Below, in pieces: positions 1 through 12,221 of a stretch of 64,000 bases of DNA; the first letter of the stretch is position 1; each line of letters begins with the position of its first letter. Origin of the DNA: Eukaryota sp. TZLM1-RC. Taxonomy: Eukaryota; Protista; Metamonada: BaSk clade. Position numbers and translations under genes: made by a program. The notes under the pieces were generated by a model. The model saw only the letters and a list, made by a program, of their open reading frames with translations, searched no databases and was not told the DNA's origin. Location of the stretch: contig JAUPSS010000004.1 of assembly GCA_040285825.1 (NCBI GenBank), forward strand, positions 2,398,550-2,462,549. Reading direction: 5' to 3'.

Positions 1-227
1 GTGAGTCCGGATCAAGAACAGAGGGTGCAGGTAGACTTGATGAAGTGATTTTGAAATCTGGCAAAATGGATTGTGATCTACGGATGTTACACTTTGTACA
101 AGATGAAGCAACATTGCGAGAGAAATATCAACAGTTAAATGACGAACGGGAAAAACTGCTATCGTTTTTGGCAAAGAACCTGCGAGATAAGATTGATAAA
201 TATAACAAAAAATACAATTTCAAGTAA
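1..227 (+). CDS. 3' end of a gene entering from outside the window, hypothetical coiled-coil protein
   Basis: Frame is open from position 3 (ESGSRTEGAGRLDEVILKSG...KKYNFK*); no family recognised. Confidence 0.6.
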   Translation, partial: ESGSRTEGAGRLDEVILKSGKMDCDLRMLHFVQDEATLREKYQQLNDEREKLLSFLAKNLRDKIDKYNKKYNFK

Positions 228-337
228 ATAAGAACCCTATAGATTTATTGGAAAATAGTTCTGAATTTAATGCAGAAAATTATAAATGTATACAGAAATC
301 TTGAAAAATAAATGATAATCACAATAAAAGGAAAGGA

Positions 338-673
338 TTACCTGCTTCTCTTAGAAGGTCTACCTCTTGGTGCACCTCGTGTACGTTTGGCCTGAGCCTT
401 GACGATTCCTCGGGCTTTTATTGGTTCGGGAGTTAAAAAGGTGTCCAGATTGAGAGAGTCTGATAATAGTATGTATCGGATGGTGTTGCCACGGACAGAC
501 ATGTTGTCGATAAGTGCAGGAGCTCGATTTGCAACAGTCATTTTTGCAGTTTTGAGGAAAACATTCATGGACATATCAACGCCTTGAACAGTACCCTCAA
601 TAACAGTCCCATTCTTGAGTTCAACTCGAACTGTGTCATTAACTAAGCGTTGCAGCAGCTGTACCAGTTTCAT
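338..673 (-). CDS. SNRPD1: Small nuclear ribonucleoprotein Sm D1
   Basis: MKLV..L..L..DTV.VELKNGT..GT..GVD.SMN, SVRGNTIRY.LL.DSLNLDT and basic RG-rich tail match SmD1. Confidence 0.95.
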   Translation of the reverse strand: MKLVQLLQRLVNDTVRVELKNGTVIEGTVQGVDMSMNVFLKTAKMTVANRAPALIDNMSVRGNTIRYILLSDSLNLDTFLTPEPIKARGIVKAQAKRTRGAPRGRPSKRSR

Positions 674-685
674 TCGTGCAGATAT

Positions 686-2506
686 TGTCTATAACAATGA
701 AATAAGCACTGATGTAGAGGGACTGAGTTTTTGTGAAGTGGAAGTTTTTCTCCATCATTCAACTTTGAACCTTATTCCATGTTGGTCTATCTTCACCATT
801 TACATGGACTTCCATGACTGTCAATTTTTTGGATGTACTATTTCTATCACTATTTCACAGGCTTTTGCATGATTTACACAAGGTAAGTCTGTGATGAATA
901 GACGTCTCCTCTTTAAATGCCTGCTAGAACCAAGCTTCTTTCTGTTGAATTTGTAACTTCTTGTCGCTTGGTTCCAGCGGATTCACTGTATCTTCTTTTA
1001 TGGATCTTCATCAGGCCTTGTGATAATTGTTGTTGATCCGCAATTGTTGAAATCATAAAATATTTAAAAATGTATCATTTTTGTTTTCAACATCAATTGA
1101 CTGTGACTTTGGGAATGTTTGGGGCAAATTTATTTTCTTAATGAGTCCTAAAGTTTTCCCCTGTGTTTTTAATGCATAAATTTATTCCGATGAAATTTCC
1201 ACTCTGATGGATTTCACTTCCACTTTCACCTGCTTAATAAGGAATCCCAAGTTAAATGAGTAATCAAGTTGTGGGAGATTATATTTTTCCCAGGCATTTT
1301 AGTGGTACTTCACCTCTAAATATACTTATTGTTCTCTCAAATCATTGGATAAATTCCACAAGTGTTTGGATCTGTTTATTTGACGTTGAATGCATAATTG
1401 GATTTATCAATTACCGTGGCAGTGGCCTTAATTATTGTTAATAAAGTGTTATTTCCTGTACTATCTCTTTGTCTTTTCAAATTCATAATTCAAGACCAAA
1501 ATTTTCGTTGATTTTGAGTGTACCTGAAAAAACATATTTGTCTCTTTGAGGTTTTTTAAATGAGTCAATCCAGTAGCTAAATTTACAGCAAAAGAGTAGA
1601 TCAGATTTACCTGGACCAGCAACAGCAGAGGTCATTCCTTGATATTGAGAAGGATTGATATCAGGCTCATCGATATATGTTGCTTTTTCTTGGAATTCTT
1701 TTGCCGTTACCTTGTATTGTTTCAACTCCATTCTACGTTGAATGAACGATACTGTTTCTCCAAAAGTCTTGATGCTCCAAATGATGTACATTCAATTTTC
1801 TGAATAAAGTTTGGTGTTTTAATCTTATTCCTTTTATATTGGTGTCCATCAAACCATATCCCCTTTTTCACAACACATAAATAAGCCAACTTCTTACCAA
1901 GAATGTCCTTATGTTCGGAAAAGTACAGGTACAACAAACTTGTCTTTTCAAATTTGATTATTAGATGATATACAAGATTATATCAAGGCAGAACAACAAA
2001 GAGATTACTCTCCTGGTCCTCTGTTAAAAAAATAATGCAAAACAGTGCTCTTAATCAAAAATCTTGAATATTGTTCCCTCTTATAAATAGGGGGAAGTAA
2101 ATAAGGGATATGATCATTAATCAAAATAGAACTACTAGATGACACCTTGTTTTTATCATCAAAGATGTTTCACCATCATTTTCCCTACATTTTATTTTTT
2201 TCAATAAGAGATTCAACTTTACTTAACGATGGAAAATTTTGTTACCTTGCTCTTTCAGAACATTAGTTCTTTCCTTAACATTAAGAAAAGGTGAAGAAAA
2301 ACTACAAGTAGTCAAAGTGATACTCTAGAAAATTATCTTTGGGATTCACACTCAATTTATCAATTGTGCAATATCAAATATTATTATTCACATAAATGAA
2401 CTTTCCTCCTCACTTTGAGATGTCACATCAATTCATTCAATTTGTGTAAGAATATAATAAGGATTTAAGTGAACAAGGTTCTAATAACAATAAATGAATT
2501 CCAAAC
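686..2506 (-). mobile_element. Decayed Fanzor element, family B, with right end at 686
   Basis: Fragments in Fanzor1 order: FPxxxxxxIxF, CTSFGAS (TDGVS-like), YIDE..SAVA(G/D)PGKSDLL (RuvC-I), HRLTLCKSCKSL*NSD.N (Zn finger/RuvC-III), NGEDRPTW (stop ~759). Many stops/frameshifts. 1428-2506 is duplicated at 50621-51702. Left limit uncertain. Confidence 0.75.
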
Positions 2507-3243
2507 CAACAATACAAAATTCCCAACAGCTGAATGTTGCCTCATCTTTCACGTCAATCATTTTCGAATCTCTAATGATATTTTTAGACTGTCCTTATAA
2601 CCATCATACGACTTATGTTTAACAATTTCCATGAATTCGTCATTTTTGAAATGGTAAAAAAATAATGAACCTGTGAGTAACTTGCAACAGACTGAGGATC
2701 AAAATGTGGATAGAATTTTAGAAATTGATGTTATGTTTTGTGGTTTACAATAGTTTTTGAAAATGTTATAAGTATCAACTACCAATCAAGCAGTTGATAA
2801 AGGCTCCCCGAGTTTGAGTTTTTGTTAACTAATGAATTCATTCTCTCGTAAGGATGCCATCCTTAAAAATCCTTATTTTTGACGTTTTCTATTATATACA
2901 TTGTCAAAGTGCACAAGATTAAAGTCAAATATTATATGAGGGTTATACGTTTCTAGTATTTTTATCACCATTTTGATAGTTTCATATCTTTGGTGTTGTA
3001 CCTAATTGACTTACCCCATGCTGATCATCTTGGCCAAACATTTTCAAAGCCTGGGAACATATTCAGTGATGAAACTGTGCTCTAAAGCAATCAACATGTC
3101 TCCCAACTCAGTATCTTTGTGACAAACTATGGCTTTCATTCTACCAAGGTTTCTCATGTAGGTTCCCAAGATGGCAATGTAGGTAAGAAATTTCCGGAAA
3201 GATTTTTTGGTAATTTTTATCCCATAATCTCATAACCGTACAA

Positions 3244-3718
3244 ATGGAGTTCACAGACGCACAGCTAGCCGAGTTCCAAGAAGCATTCGCCTTGTTTGAC
3301 AGAGAAAAATCTGGAAAGCTTAAAGGTGAAGATGTTGTCGTTGTAATGCGCTCCTTAGGCGCCAATGTCACAGACAGTGAAGTAAACCGCATGGTTGAGG
3401 AACGTGATCCCGACACCAAGTCTGTTACTTTTGACGACCTCGTTGAAATGCTAGGACAAGCAAAGTCACTCAGTAACTTTGATGAAGAAATTGTCAAGGC
3501 TTTCGCTGTTCTTGACCGCGATAACAGTGGTTTTGTTCCAGCCAAGGAAATCCGTACTGTTCTCACCAACGTGGGCGAGAAACTAACAAACGAAGAAGTT
3601 GATGAACTTTTTGCCTTCTCTGATGTTGATGTATGTAACCAGTCTTTCCTTTTAATCTCAGGACGAAGCACTTATAAGTTTTGATATGTTCAAGAGAATG
3701 GTTTCTTTCTCGGTGTAA
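3244..3718 (+). CDS. Calmodulin-like / myosin light chain-like EF-hand protein (intron 3631-3661)
   Basis: [39 protein letters not shown]; removing the 31-nt GTATGT..CAG intron gives DEALISFDMFKRMVSFSV*. Confidence 0.9.
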
Positions 3719-3819
3719 GTTTCCTTCACACTTGTTTAAGTTTTGTCTAATGTAAAGTATGGTCGTTAAAAACATTATTTTTTATAAAAAAGAAGCTACT
3801 GTACATAAACAACACACAA

Positions 3820-6800
3820 TTACAATCTAGTTTGTTCCGCGGTAGGAAGCTCAATTGTTGGAGCAGAAAGGTTTTGCAAATTAACAAGAGGGTTGATAAG
3901 CTTGTTAGTTCTAAAGACAAAGCCATCATTACCCTTTGATAACTCAGATTCCTTCATCTTTCTGCGGAAATGATATCTGACAGTACTAACAAGTCCAATC
4001 AAGAGAATTAGAACAAGAATGATAGTGACAACAACAGCCCATAAAGAAATAGAAGGGTCTAATTGTTGTTCAGAATTTGAATCATAAAGGAAAAAGTATG
4101 GAATATTTCTCGTTGTCATTAAGCGAATGACTAACCCAAAAACAACAACAGCCAAAACACCAACAAGATACAATAACTGCATCTTATTCTGCCATGGGAA
4201 GTTAAGTGGCCATGACTGAGAATGATAAGCAATGTTGGCAAAAACCACACAGAGACCAACAGCTAATTGGAAGGCTGTGCCTCGGGAAACCAAAAACAAA
4301 GTACCAGTGAGCAAAACAACAAATACTTGGTCAATCAGCTCAAACAATGGACTTTTCAGCTTGTAGGCCGCAGAAATTGCAAATAAAGTTTTGGTTTCCA
4401 ATTCAGCTTGTTCCATATTAGGATGTTGATTAGCATATAAATGGAACGCTTTTGCCCACATAGAGGCCCAAATTACAAAGAAGAGAGCCACAATTGACAC
4501 TTTCAACCACCAATCAGTAGAATAACAAAGGATATTTGAATCAATATCTAAATAATAGTCAGTAAAGCCATCAATTGTAATACTGGAACAACTGAATAAA
4601 GGCAAAAATGAACCAAAAACCACAGGGAAAAACAACTGGGTTGCCACAAGAGCAGATTGAACAGTTCTTTTTAGAGCATTAGAACCAGCCATAAAGAAAA
4701 TCTTTCGAATCATGAAATAAGCGAGGAAGAAAATCCAAATTGCTGGCAAAACAGCAACACCAGAGAAAAAAGTAACATTATAGAAAGCGCCATCTGTGGC
4801 TGTCTTGCCAAGGCTGCAATTCTGCCAGTACAACTTTGACATATCAGAAAGAATAAATCTTGTGAAAAACAAAAAGTACCTTAAAGAATTTGGATACGGA
4901 ACTGCGTAGATGAGCAGGCAAGCACCCAACATCTGACAATAGCGGACTAAAGGTTTATAGCTAGCCAAGGACTGTAACCCTGTAGAAACATCAATGTGTA
5001 TGACCAGTGCCAGGAGGATGTATATTAAAATAGTTGAAAAAAACAAAATCCATGGCATGAAGTCAGGGGGGCATGGTTCACAGTAGGGTTCAACATGGGT
5101 GTATCCCTCAATGCATAGTTCACAACGGACTCCAGTAGCACCTTCAGCACATCCTAATGTTTCTGGGGTAGGGTCAGGAAGTCCTGCCAGGAAAGCAAAG
5201 CAACCACCCATACAGTCTCCAAGAGTACATTCATAAATGTTTTGAAGGTTTGAGATGAGGTCCTCGGAAGGGGGACGCCAATATCCCTCAAGAACACAAG
5301 TTTCGTTATGTCCAAAACAAAGAATACCCTGGGGACAACGTTCACAATCCATTTCGCCAAATTCATCATAGTAAGGAACCATACCACCTTCACAGACGCA
5401 ATCATCACGTTGAAGGTTAGAAATCTGACGGGGAGGACAAGCATCGCAGTAAGTGGAGCTAATGTTAGCAGCAAAAGTTCTGGCTGGGCATGGTTGACAT
5501 TCATCGTCATCTAACCTAAAAGTTCCGACCGGACATGGTGTACACATCGAAGAACCAAGGTTATAAGACCAAGTACCCTCTGGGCAAGGTTTACAAGGCT
5601 CCATATGGATGGTTTCATTTTGGTAATAACCAACGGGACAAATGATACACTCACCACGAACAAAACCTTGACCAGAACGACATTCTTCGATGCTAATATT
5701 AAATCTTTCGAGTGTCACAGAGACTGTGTCCGGACCGTAAAACATGGCAACTACGTCATAAACAGCGGGTGAAGCGTGTAGCGCGATTGATTCAAAGTCA
5801 GCAAGACCACCCAAGACGGGCTTGAACAATTCTCCTTTAAGAGAAAGTTCTGAATCGTCTGGGTAAATGTTCACAGTGAATTGGGGGTGATATTGTGTGA
5901 ATAACTGGTTAAACTGATCCAATAAGGCTATAATAACTTGCATTGAAGGTTCTTGTAGTTCATTTGAGAAATAATTAAGTTCAACCAGTTCTAATTTACG
6001 AGGATCAGTTGCATGAAAGTCACCAAAAGCAGAAGCAGTATTGTTAAGACTATGCAACTCAGTAAAATCGTCTGTTAGAATAATACCTTGATGTTCCTTT
6101 CCTTCAGTGTAAAGGGCACCTCCTACAACAGCAGAGTTATTAAAAAAGATAGAGTTGGTAACGGTGGTTTTAATGTTACCATCAACGGTGTACTTAATCT
6201 CTGAATGAGGAAATTTCACATCATAAAAAACTGATCTGAAAATAGCACCTCCTCTAAAAGCGGAATTTAATTCGAAATAGCAATTATCAAAATCCACGTG
6301 ACCAGATTTCGCAATGATAATAGCTCCACCATTTGTGTCATCATATGCGGTGTTGTGACTGAACGAACAGTCTCTAAATGAAACAATGGAGTGAGAGATA
6401 TAACTACCAGAATGACCTACTGATTCTTCAACAGTAACGGTATCCAGGGTTACTTTAGGGTGACTAATGATGGTAAGTGGATAGTATGAAGAACGGGTAA
6501 TGTCAATGTTGGTTAAGCTAGCCTCTTCTCCGCCATTGATGAAGAAGGCTGCTCCACCATTGGCAGTGGAATCAGTAATGGTAATGTCAGACAAATAAAT
6601 GTTATCAACAAAGTCAAACCAAAAACCTCCATTATGAAGTGACTCTAGCAAGGAAAAACTACCATTCTTCAAAATGAAAAGTTCCTTTCCGCTAACGTAG
6701 ACAGCACTTCCACCTAATCTAGCATGTGAGTTGGAGAGGAAAACACCATTGGCTGTGATAGATGAGTCAAAAGCGTACAAAAGACCACCTCTACCAGCAG

Positions 6801-7647
6801 TAGAATTGATTACAGAAATATCAAAAAGTTCGACTTCAAGGCAATTCTCAAAGTAAAAAGCGCCGCCACTACCAGCTTGGGCAGGCATTGGTGGCTCTGC
6901 GTCAGCAACAGCCTTGGTATTAGTTATAGATAGGTTCACTAATGAGGTGTTGGTATTAAGAGCGAATATGATTCCACCCTCAAGTTTTGAACTGACACTG
7001 TCGAAAGAAGAATCAGCAATACTTAGGGTTGAATGGCTTTGAATATTGAATAATCCTCCCTTCTGAGTAGAAGAAATATCGGAAAAGGTTGAGTTGATGA
7101 TAGAAATTGTACTTCTAGTCGCACCAAAGATGGGAGCATCTTGATCGGAGTGAACGTTGGAGAGGTGGGAATCTATGAGGAACAATGAAGAGTCTCCATT
7201 GAGATGAAAGGCAACTCCGGTTGAACCAGATGTATCTGTGATAGCAATGTTGGTCGCTTTGAGAGAAGCTCTGTGTAAGGAGAAAACACCACGGGGGCAA
7301 TTTGTGAAGGTGAAGCCAGTAATGAATTGAGTTTGTGGTTCATCAATAATGGAGAGTAGAGGACCTTCACCATCATCATTGCAATTGATGGTAGTATTAG
7401 ACATACCATTGGTAGATTCAATGAAGATTTGTTCCTTGTGGATTTTGTATCGAGGATGTTCATCACTGATTGAATACTCACCTGGGAGAAACCTTATTGT
7501 GTGATCGGACTCGAGTACTGACTGAGCATGCTGGAATGATTGACAGGGTTCCATTTCTGTACAAGGATTATCATCATTACCATCAGGGCTTACGTAAACG
7601 GCTGCAAAAGCCACAGACAAGAAAAGCAGCAGGAGAGCTGTCCGCAT
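3820..7647 (-). CDS. Large surface protein: signal peptide, pectin-lyase/Pmp-like beta-helix (GGA(I/L) repeats), Cys-rich CxxCPxG repeats, multi-pass TM C-terminus
   Basis: Long intact ORF; likely start MRTALLLLFLSVAFA at 7647; VYVSPDGNDDNPC, GGAI/FxxN repeats, CP.G repeats, multiple hydrophobic helices. Confidence 0.85.
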   Translation of the reverse strand: MRTALLLLFLSVAFAAVYVSPDGNDDNPCTEMEPCQSFQHAQSVLESDHTIRFLPGEYSISDEHPRYKIHKEQIFIESTNGMSNTTINCNDDGEGPLLSIIDEPQTQFITGFTFTNCPRGVFSLHRASLKATNIAITDTSGSTGVAFHLNGDSSLFLIDSHLSNVHSDQDAPIFGATRSTISIINSTFSDISSTQKGGLFNIQSHSTLSIADSSFDSVSSKLEGGIIFALNTNTSLVNLSITNTKAVADAEPPMPAQAGSGGAFYFENCLEVELFDISVINSTAGRGGLLYAFDSSITANGVFLSNSHARLGGSAVYVSGKELFILKNGSFSLLESLHNGGFWFDFVDNIYLSDITITDSTANGGAAFFINGGEEASLTNIDITRSSYYPLTIISHPKVTLDTVTVEESVGHSGSYISHSIVSFRDCSFSHNTAYDDTNGGAIIIAKSGHVDFDNCYFELNSAFRGGAIFRSVFYDVKFPHSEIKYTVDGNIKTTVTNSIFFNNSAVVGGALYTEGKEHQGIILTDDFTELHSLNNTASAFGDFHATDPRKLELVELNYFSNELQEPSMQVIIALLDQFNQLFTQYHPQFTVNIYPDDSELSLKGELFKPVLGGLADFESIALHASPAVYDVVAMFYGPDTVSVTLERFNISIEECRSGQGFVRGECIICPVGYYQNETIHMEPCKPCPEGTWSYNLGSSMCTPCPVGTFRLDDDECQPCPARTFAANISSTYCDACPPRQISNLQRDDCVCEGGMVPYYDEFGEMDCERCPQGILCFGHNETCVLEGYWRPPSEDLISNLQNIYECTLGDCMGGCFAFLAGLPDPTPETLGCAEGATGVRCELCIEGYTHVEPYCEPCPPDFMPWILFFSTILIYILLALVIHIDVSTGLQSLASYKPLVRYCQMLGACLLIYAVPYPNSLRYFLFFTRFILSDMSKLYWQNCSLGKTATDGAFYNVTFFSGVAVLPAIWIFFLAYFMIRKIFFMAGSNALKRTVQSALVATQLFFPVVFGSFLPLFSCSSITIDGFTDYYLDIDSNILCYSTDWWLKVSIVALFFVIWASMWAKAFHLYANQHPNMEQAELETKTLFAISAAYKLKSPLFELIDQVFVVLLTGTLFLVSRGTAFQLAVGLCVVFANIAYHSQSWPLNFPWQNKMQLLYLVGVLAVVVFGLVIRLMTTRNIPYFFLYDSNSEQQLDPSISLWAVVVTIILVLILLIGLVSTVRYHFRRKMKESELSKGNDGFVFRTNKLINPLVNLQNLSAPTIELPTAEQTRL

Positions 7648-7976
7648 ACGTCGTAATTCGGGGTTCAAATAACGCCACCTGACCTTCACTTTTGTTTTGA
7701 TTTCACTTGGCTGTTTCTATATTTATTTCTCTCCACTCCTCTATGTCGCCTGAAAGTTCTATGATGAGTTCATTCTGTGATATGTGATTTTGTAAATACG
7801 GAACAATCAGTGCAGATGTTTCTGAGTGTTAATTACACATTTTACTCCCAGCCATTTTGTAAATACAGATATTTTTTTAGTATTTAACGATTATGGAAAG
7901 AATCAATGAAAATCATCACTTAAGCACGGCAAAAAAGGAAAATGAAAAAACTTTATTTTTAAGATAGCCATAACAA

Positions 7977-9666
7977 TTATTCGGGCAGCAAGTCTCCCTG
8001 GGGTTCACCTTCAGCTTGCATTGGAGGTTGTCCAGCAGCTGGTGCAGGGGCTTCCTTCTTGGCAACTCCACTAACAATATCATCAATTCTGAGTAAGAGT
8101 GAAGCAGCTTCAATTGCGGTTTTCAGAGCATTGGCCTTAACAGCATAGGGTTCAACAACCCCAAGTTCGATAGCATCAGTGAGCTCCCCCTTGATTCCAT
8201 CGACACCCATGGTATGGTTACCAGATGCATGTTGAGCTCTCAATGCAGTGACTACTCTTATGACAGAAGCTCCACAGTTCTGAGATAAAACACGAGGAAT
8301 TACCTCCAAGGCTTCTGCTGCAGCACGATAAGCCATTTGAATAATACCTTCCACTTGGTATGAAGCTTGGGTTAATTGTACAGAAAGGGCCATTTCTATG
8401 GCACCTGCGCCTGGTACAACATAAGGCTCATATGTAATGTTCCTAGCAACACACATGGCATCTTGGAGATTTCTCTCTACTTCATTCAGTATATCCTTAG
8501 AAGCACCACGCAACAGGATAGTACAAGCTTTTGGATCAGTACATTCATCAAAGAAAGAGAAATACTCGTCACCAATCTTGCGAACTTCAAAAAGTCCGCA
8601 ATTGGTACCAATATCGGAATCCCGAATTTCATCAGCTCTACTGACAATAGTAGCTCCAGTAGCCCTGGCAATACGGTTATTATCAGTCTTACGACATCTA
8701 CGTAAAGCAGAGACCCCTGCCTTGACAAAGTAATGAAGGGCGTAATCTGAAATCCCCTTTTCAGTGACAACGACATCAGGCTTGAATGAAAGAATATAAT
8801 TACAAATGCGATGAATGTACTCTTCTTCTTGTTTCAAGAGGACATCCCAGTCGCCTTCCTTGGAGATTTCAACATTAGTTTGAGATTCAGCTTTCTTATA
8901 CTCAATTGGACAATCAAGGAGCAAAACTCTGGGATTACGAATAGAACGTTTCATTTGTGGATGTACAATGTCTTTGTTGAGACAGACACCACGAAGAACA
9001 GAACTGTCTTCGATATCTCCCCCTGGGATCTTTTCAATACGAGCGAATTTCTTTGTATCAATTTCCTTAATGTTTCCATTAGTCTGGGTTACAGTCTGTA
9101 CAGCATCAACAGCGAGCTGACACATGAGGTCCATCCACCTGCTGACAAATTTAGTTCCAAGGGTAGACCGTACAAGGCTGATGATAGCTTCGCGGTCATC
9201 GAGATCAACGGGTTTTCTCATTTCCTTTAAGCGTTCGAGAGCATCTACGAGGAGTTTGTTATACGCTTCTACTATTATAGTGGGGTGAATGTTTTTGGTT
9301 AGGAGTGGTTCTGCACAAGAGAGGAATTCAGAAGTGAGGATAATGACAGAGGTTGTACCATCACCAATCTCTTCATCCTGGGTGCGGGCAAGTTCAATCA
9401 TTGTGCGAGCCGCAGGATGTGCGACGTCAATCTCACGTAAAATACAGTTACCGTCATTGGTGATTTGAAGACCGGCCATTGGATCGACAAGCATCTTGAG
9501 CATAGATTGAGGTCCTAATGTTGATCGGATGATATCTCCGACAGTTTTAGCGGCTGCGATGTTGGATAGCTGGGCTTTCTTACCAGTTTGGCGTTTGGTA
9601 TTTTGCTCTGAAGTAAGGAAGCAAAAGCGAAAACAAACGCAAAACAACGACTGGGGCTTTGGACAT
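7977..9666 (-). CDS. CCT3: T-complex protein 1 subunit gamma (intron 9608-9638)
   Basis: TNDGNCILREIDVAHPAA, GDGTTSV, ARIEKIPGG, EYKKAESQT, LLLRIDDIVSG; spliced N-terminus MSKAPVVVLQQNTKR. Confidence 0.96.
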
Positions 9667-9718
9667 TTAAGGATAGATGGAGAAGTGTTGAAATTGAGTT
9701 TTTAATAAGTCTAAGGTA

Positions 9719-10096
9719 TTTTTTTAACTGGAATATTTATTGAGATAAAAACAAACCCATCTAGAATTCAATATCCTCCAAACAAACGTCACTATTACTA
9801 AACCTACTCACAGCATTACGTTCATATTCTACACCAATAGCTAAAAGTGCCTTTGAAATCATTGTTGGAATAGACTTGAAAATGCAAAAAACAATTCTAT
9901 TTAACCAGAAAGTGGAATTCATTGTTTTACCAGACCTATTCAGTAACACTTTTTGGAAATTTTCACATAAATGCAACCCTGAAGGTCCAATATTGCCAAA
10001 AAGAGAAATTGCAAACGGCACAAACTGATATTTCACATGTTCCACTCTACTGTGCCAAAGGTTCTTCATATTTTTTTATCTTCTTTTTTTCGGCGG
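9719..10096 (-). mobile_element. 3' fragment of CRE-like non-LTR retrotransposon with poly(A) tail
   Basis: FVPFAISLFGNIGP..FWLNRIVFCIFK RLE C-terminus; AATAAA then A-tail; near-identical to 34301-34690 and similar to 60030-60175. Confidence 0.85.
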
Positions 10097-11329
10097 TAGT
10101 CTAAGCTATTGATTGGCAATATTATCTAATATAAAATTAATAATATAAAATGCTTTTCATCATTGGTTGTCTATGATGATTGATCTACCTTTTACACTCA
10201 TTGAGTTGGCAATTAATTCAGCCTTGAATATATTAACTATTGCTGTATGTATTACATACTACTGATTCCCTTTCCTGATGGAAAATTTGTCGGAAAATGG
10301 AAAAATGGATGTAAACTATTGTCTCCTGTGTGCTTGCTATGTCAATCTAGATTAACAACGTTATGCCACGTTTTTTGCAGATGTCCCAGTTGTCAAGTAC
10401 CAAGATATATTATAGACCCAAATGGATTCATGATTCAATTTTAACCAATGTGTCGACCTCCAATTTCTTTCCTAAATTATTATAACGGTTAATGTGATTT
10501 GCTCAGTCACTTCGAGGTAAGGCATTCTCTTAAGAATAGACTGCAAATCAAGAGGATCATTAATTCTTGAAACATTGTTAATTTCACAAAATCTTAATTC
10601 TAGTAAATTTTTGAGTGCACCGGATTAGCAGCAAGAGTGGCAATCATTACATTTGTAAAATTGCGCCGTCACACAAATCATTAGGTAAGTGTTCCTTTTG
10701 TTGTGACTGAGTTGAGTCCTGATCTTATTCTTGTTGCAAAAGAGACAGCTGAAAAAGGAAGGAACACAATCTTGATTTGTGAGTCAACATTTCCTATAAA
10801 ACAAGATTTAGATAACAGAAATATATTAAAAAGTATGAACTATTAGAGCCTTGAATTGTAGTTGTCGAATTTAGATGCTTTTGAAAGTTTTGCAAGAGAA
10901 ATAATTGCCAATAGTTCTATTTCATTGATGAAAAGGTTACTCATTCCAACGTTTACACTGAAATCTTCAGGTATGGAATTAGCGTTTCAAGCTTTCAAGT
11001 GCTCGTACCATAACTATTCTGCCAGAATATTTTGTATTTGCTTGTCTGATGAAGCATAACAACATGAACACGATGGGCAGTGACCTAAATATGTTGCAAG
11101 CGCAGTTTTACACATTGAGAGAATTTTAATCCAATTTCAAATTTTCTTTGGTAAATTACTATAAATTACACTAGTAAAATTTACATTACGACTTAACACA
11201 CTGAGTATATAACTAATAATTGTAAATTCATTGCACCAAGACTTCATGTACAAAAACTTCATCTACTTGTCTTCTTGCTATAGCATCTTTAAATCTATTA
11301 AAAGTCAATGTTTATGTATTAATTGTAAT

Positions 11330-12168
11330 GTTTATGTATTAATTGTTCGTTGAGATTTACAAGGTCAAAAATGTAAGCCAGACAACAAGGCCAGTATTTC
11401 TGATTTATTGATTGATGATGTTGATGTTGATGGTTTTCAAGACAAACGAACCATTGTTTGTGATTCTGGAAAACGTGATTTATGGTATTTTGGGAGCAAA
11501 AAGACAGATCAAGAATTAGCAATGGTTCCTGAACATGAAACTGAACAGCAAAGAAATAGTGAGGTGATGAATCAAGACATGAAATTCAAATTGTTGAGAA
11601 TGACTCACGTCCTGGTCTTTGGAAAACTTTAATGAAAAACAAAAACGAAGGGCGACAAAGTATACTGAGGTAGATTGCGACAAACCCCAAATGATAGAGT
11701 CTACGGAAATGAAAATTGAAGATGCAAACACCGAATTATCCACGGTTGCTGCCAATTCAGCAACTTTTATAGATTTTTCCAACTTTGTGTTTCCAAACTT
11801 CGGCAAGTTTTTTTTGACAATTGACTTTTACATTCTTGACTCGTGGAGCATTCGTAAAATGCAAGCTTTTATTAACAAGCAAAAGACTGAAACTTGTTGT
11901 TAAAAAACCTTATTCAATTCAGCAAAAAGTCCTGTCTGTTTTGAAAAGGTTTCTACGTTCTTGAGAGTCGCAAATCCCAGATTATATAAGAGACAAAGGA
12001 GTCCAGTTACTACATGTCATGGTTTATTATTAGTGAGAGTTGCAAATTGAGTAACAAAGGCTCAACAATGCATTTCAATAGAAATAAGCTTGTTGCCTCA
12101 ATATGTTTGCAATTGCTGAAGCCAGGATGAGTGGAAATGAAAGGCCTCAGTATCTGTGTAGTAGATAG
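11330..12168 (+). mobile_element. Decayed Fanzor relic, family C
   Basis: TIVCDSGKRDLWYF (RuvC-I), CHGLL, HFNRNKL..CLNMFAIAEARMSGNERPQYLCSR* (RuvC-III and RPxYL tail); frameshifted. Confidence 0.75.
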
Positions 12169-12221
12169 TTTTTGTAATTATTCCACACGAAGATTGATCG
12201 TTTTTTCAATAAATTTCCCAC

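Noticed and set aside
674-740. Shared upstream motif as a spliced-leader remnant
   Set aside because: It directly follows a Fanzor C-terminus and is absent from most genes in the window
3141-3671. Antisense ORFs over conserved genes (also within CCT3, EPG5, AHCY)
   Set aside because: Shadow frames of real genes with no independent motifs
10247-11130. Cys-rich fragments (CLLCQ..H..CRCP; CPSC) as genes
   Set aside because: Riddled with stops; probably retroelement zinc-finger debris, but the family cannot be assigned
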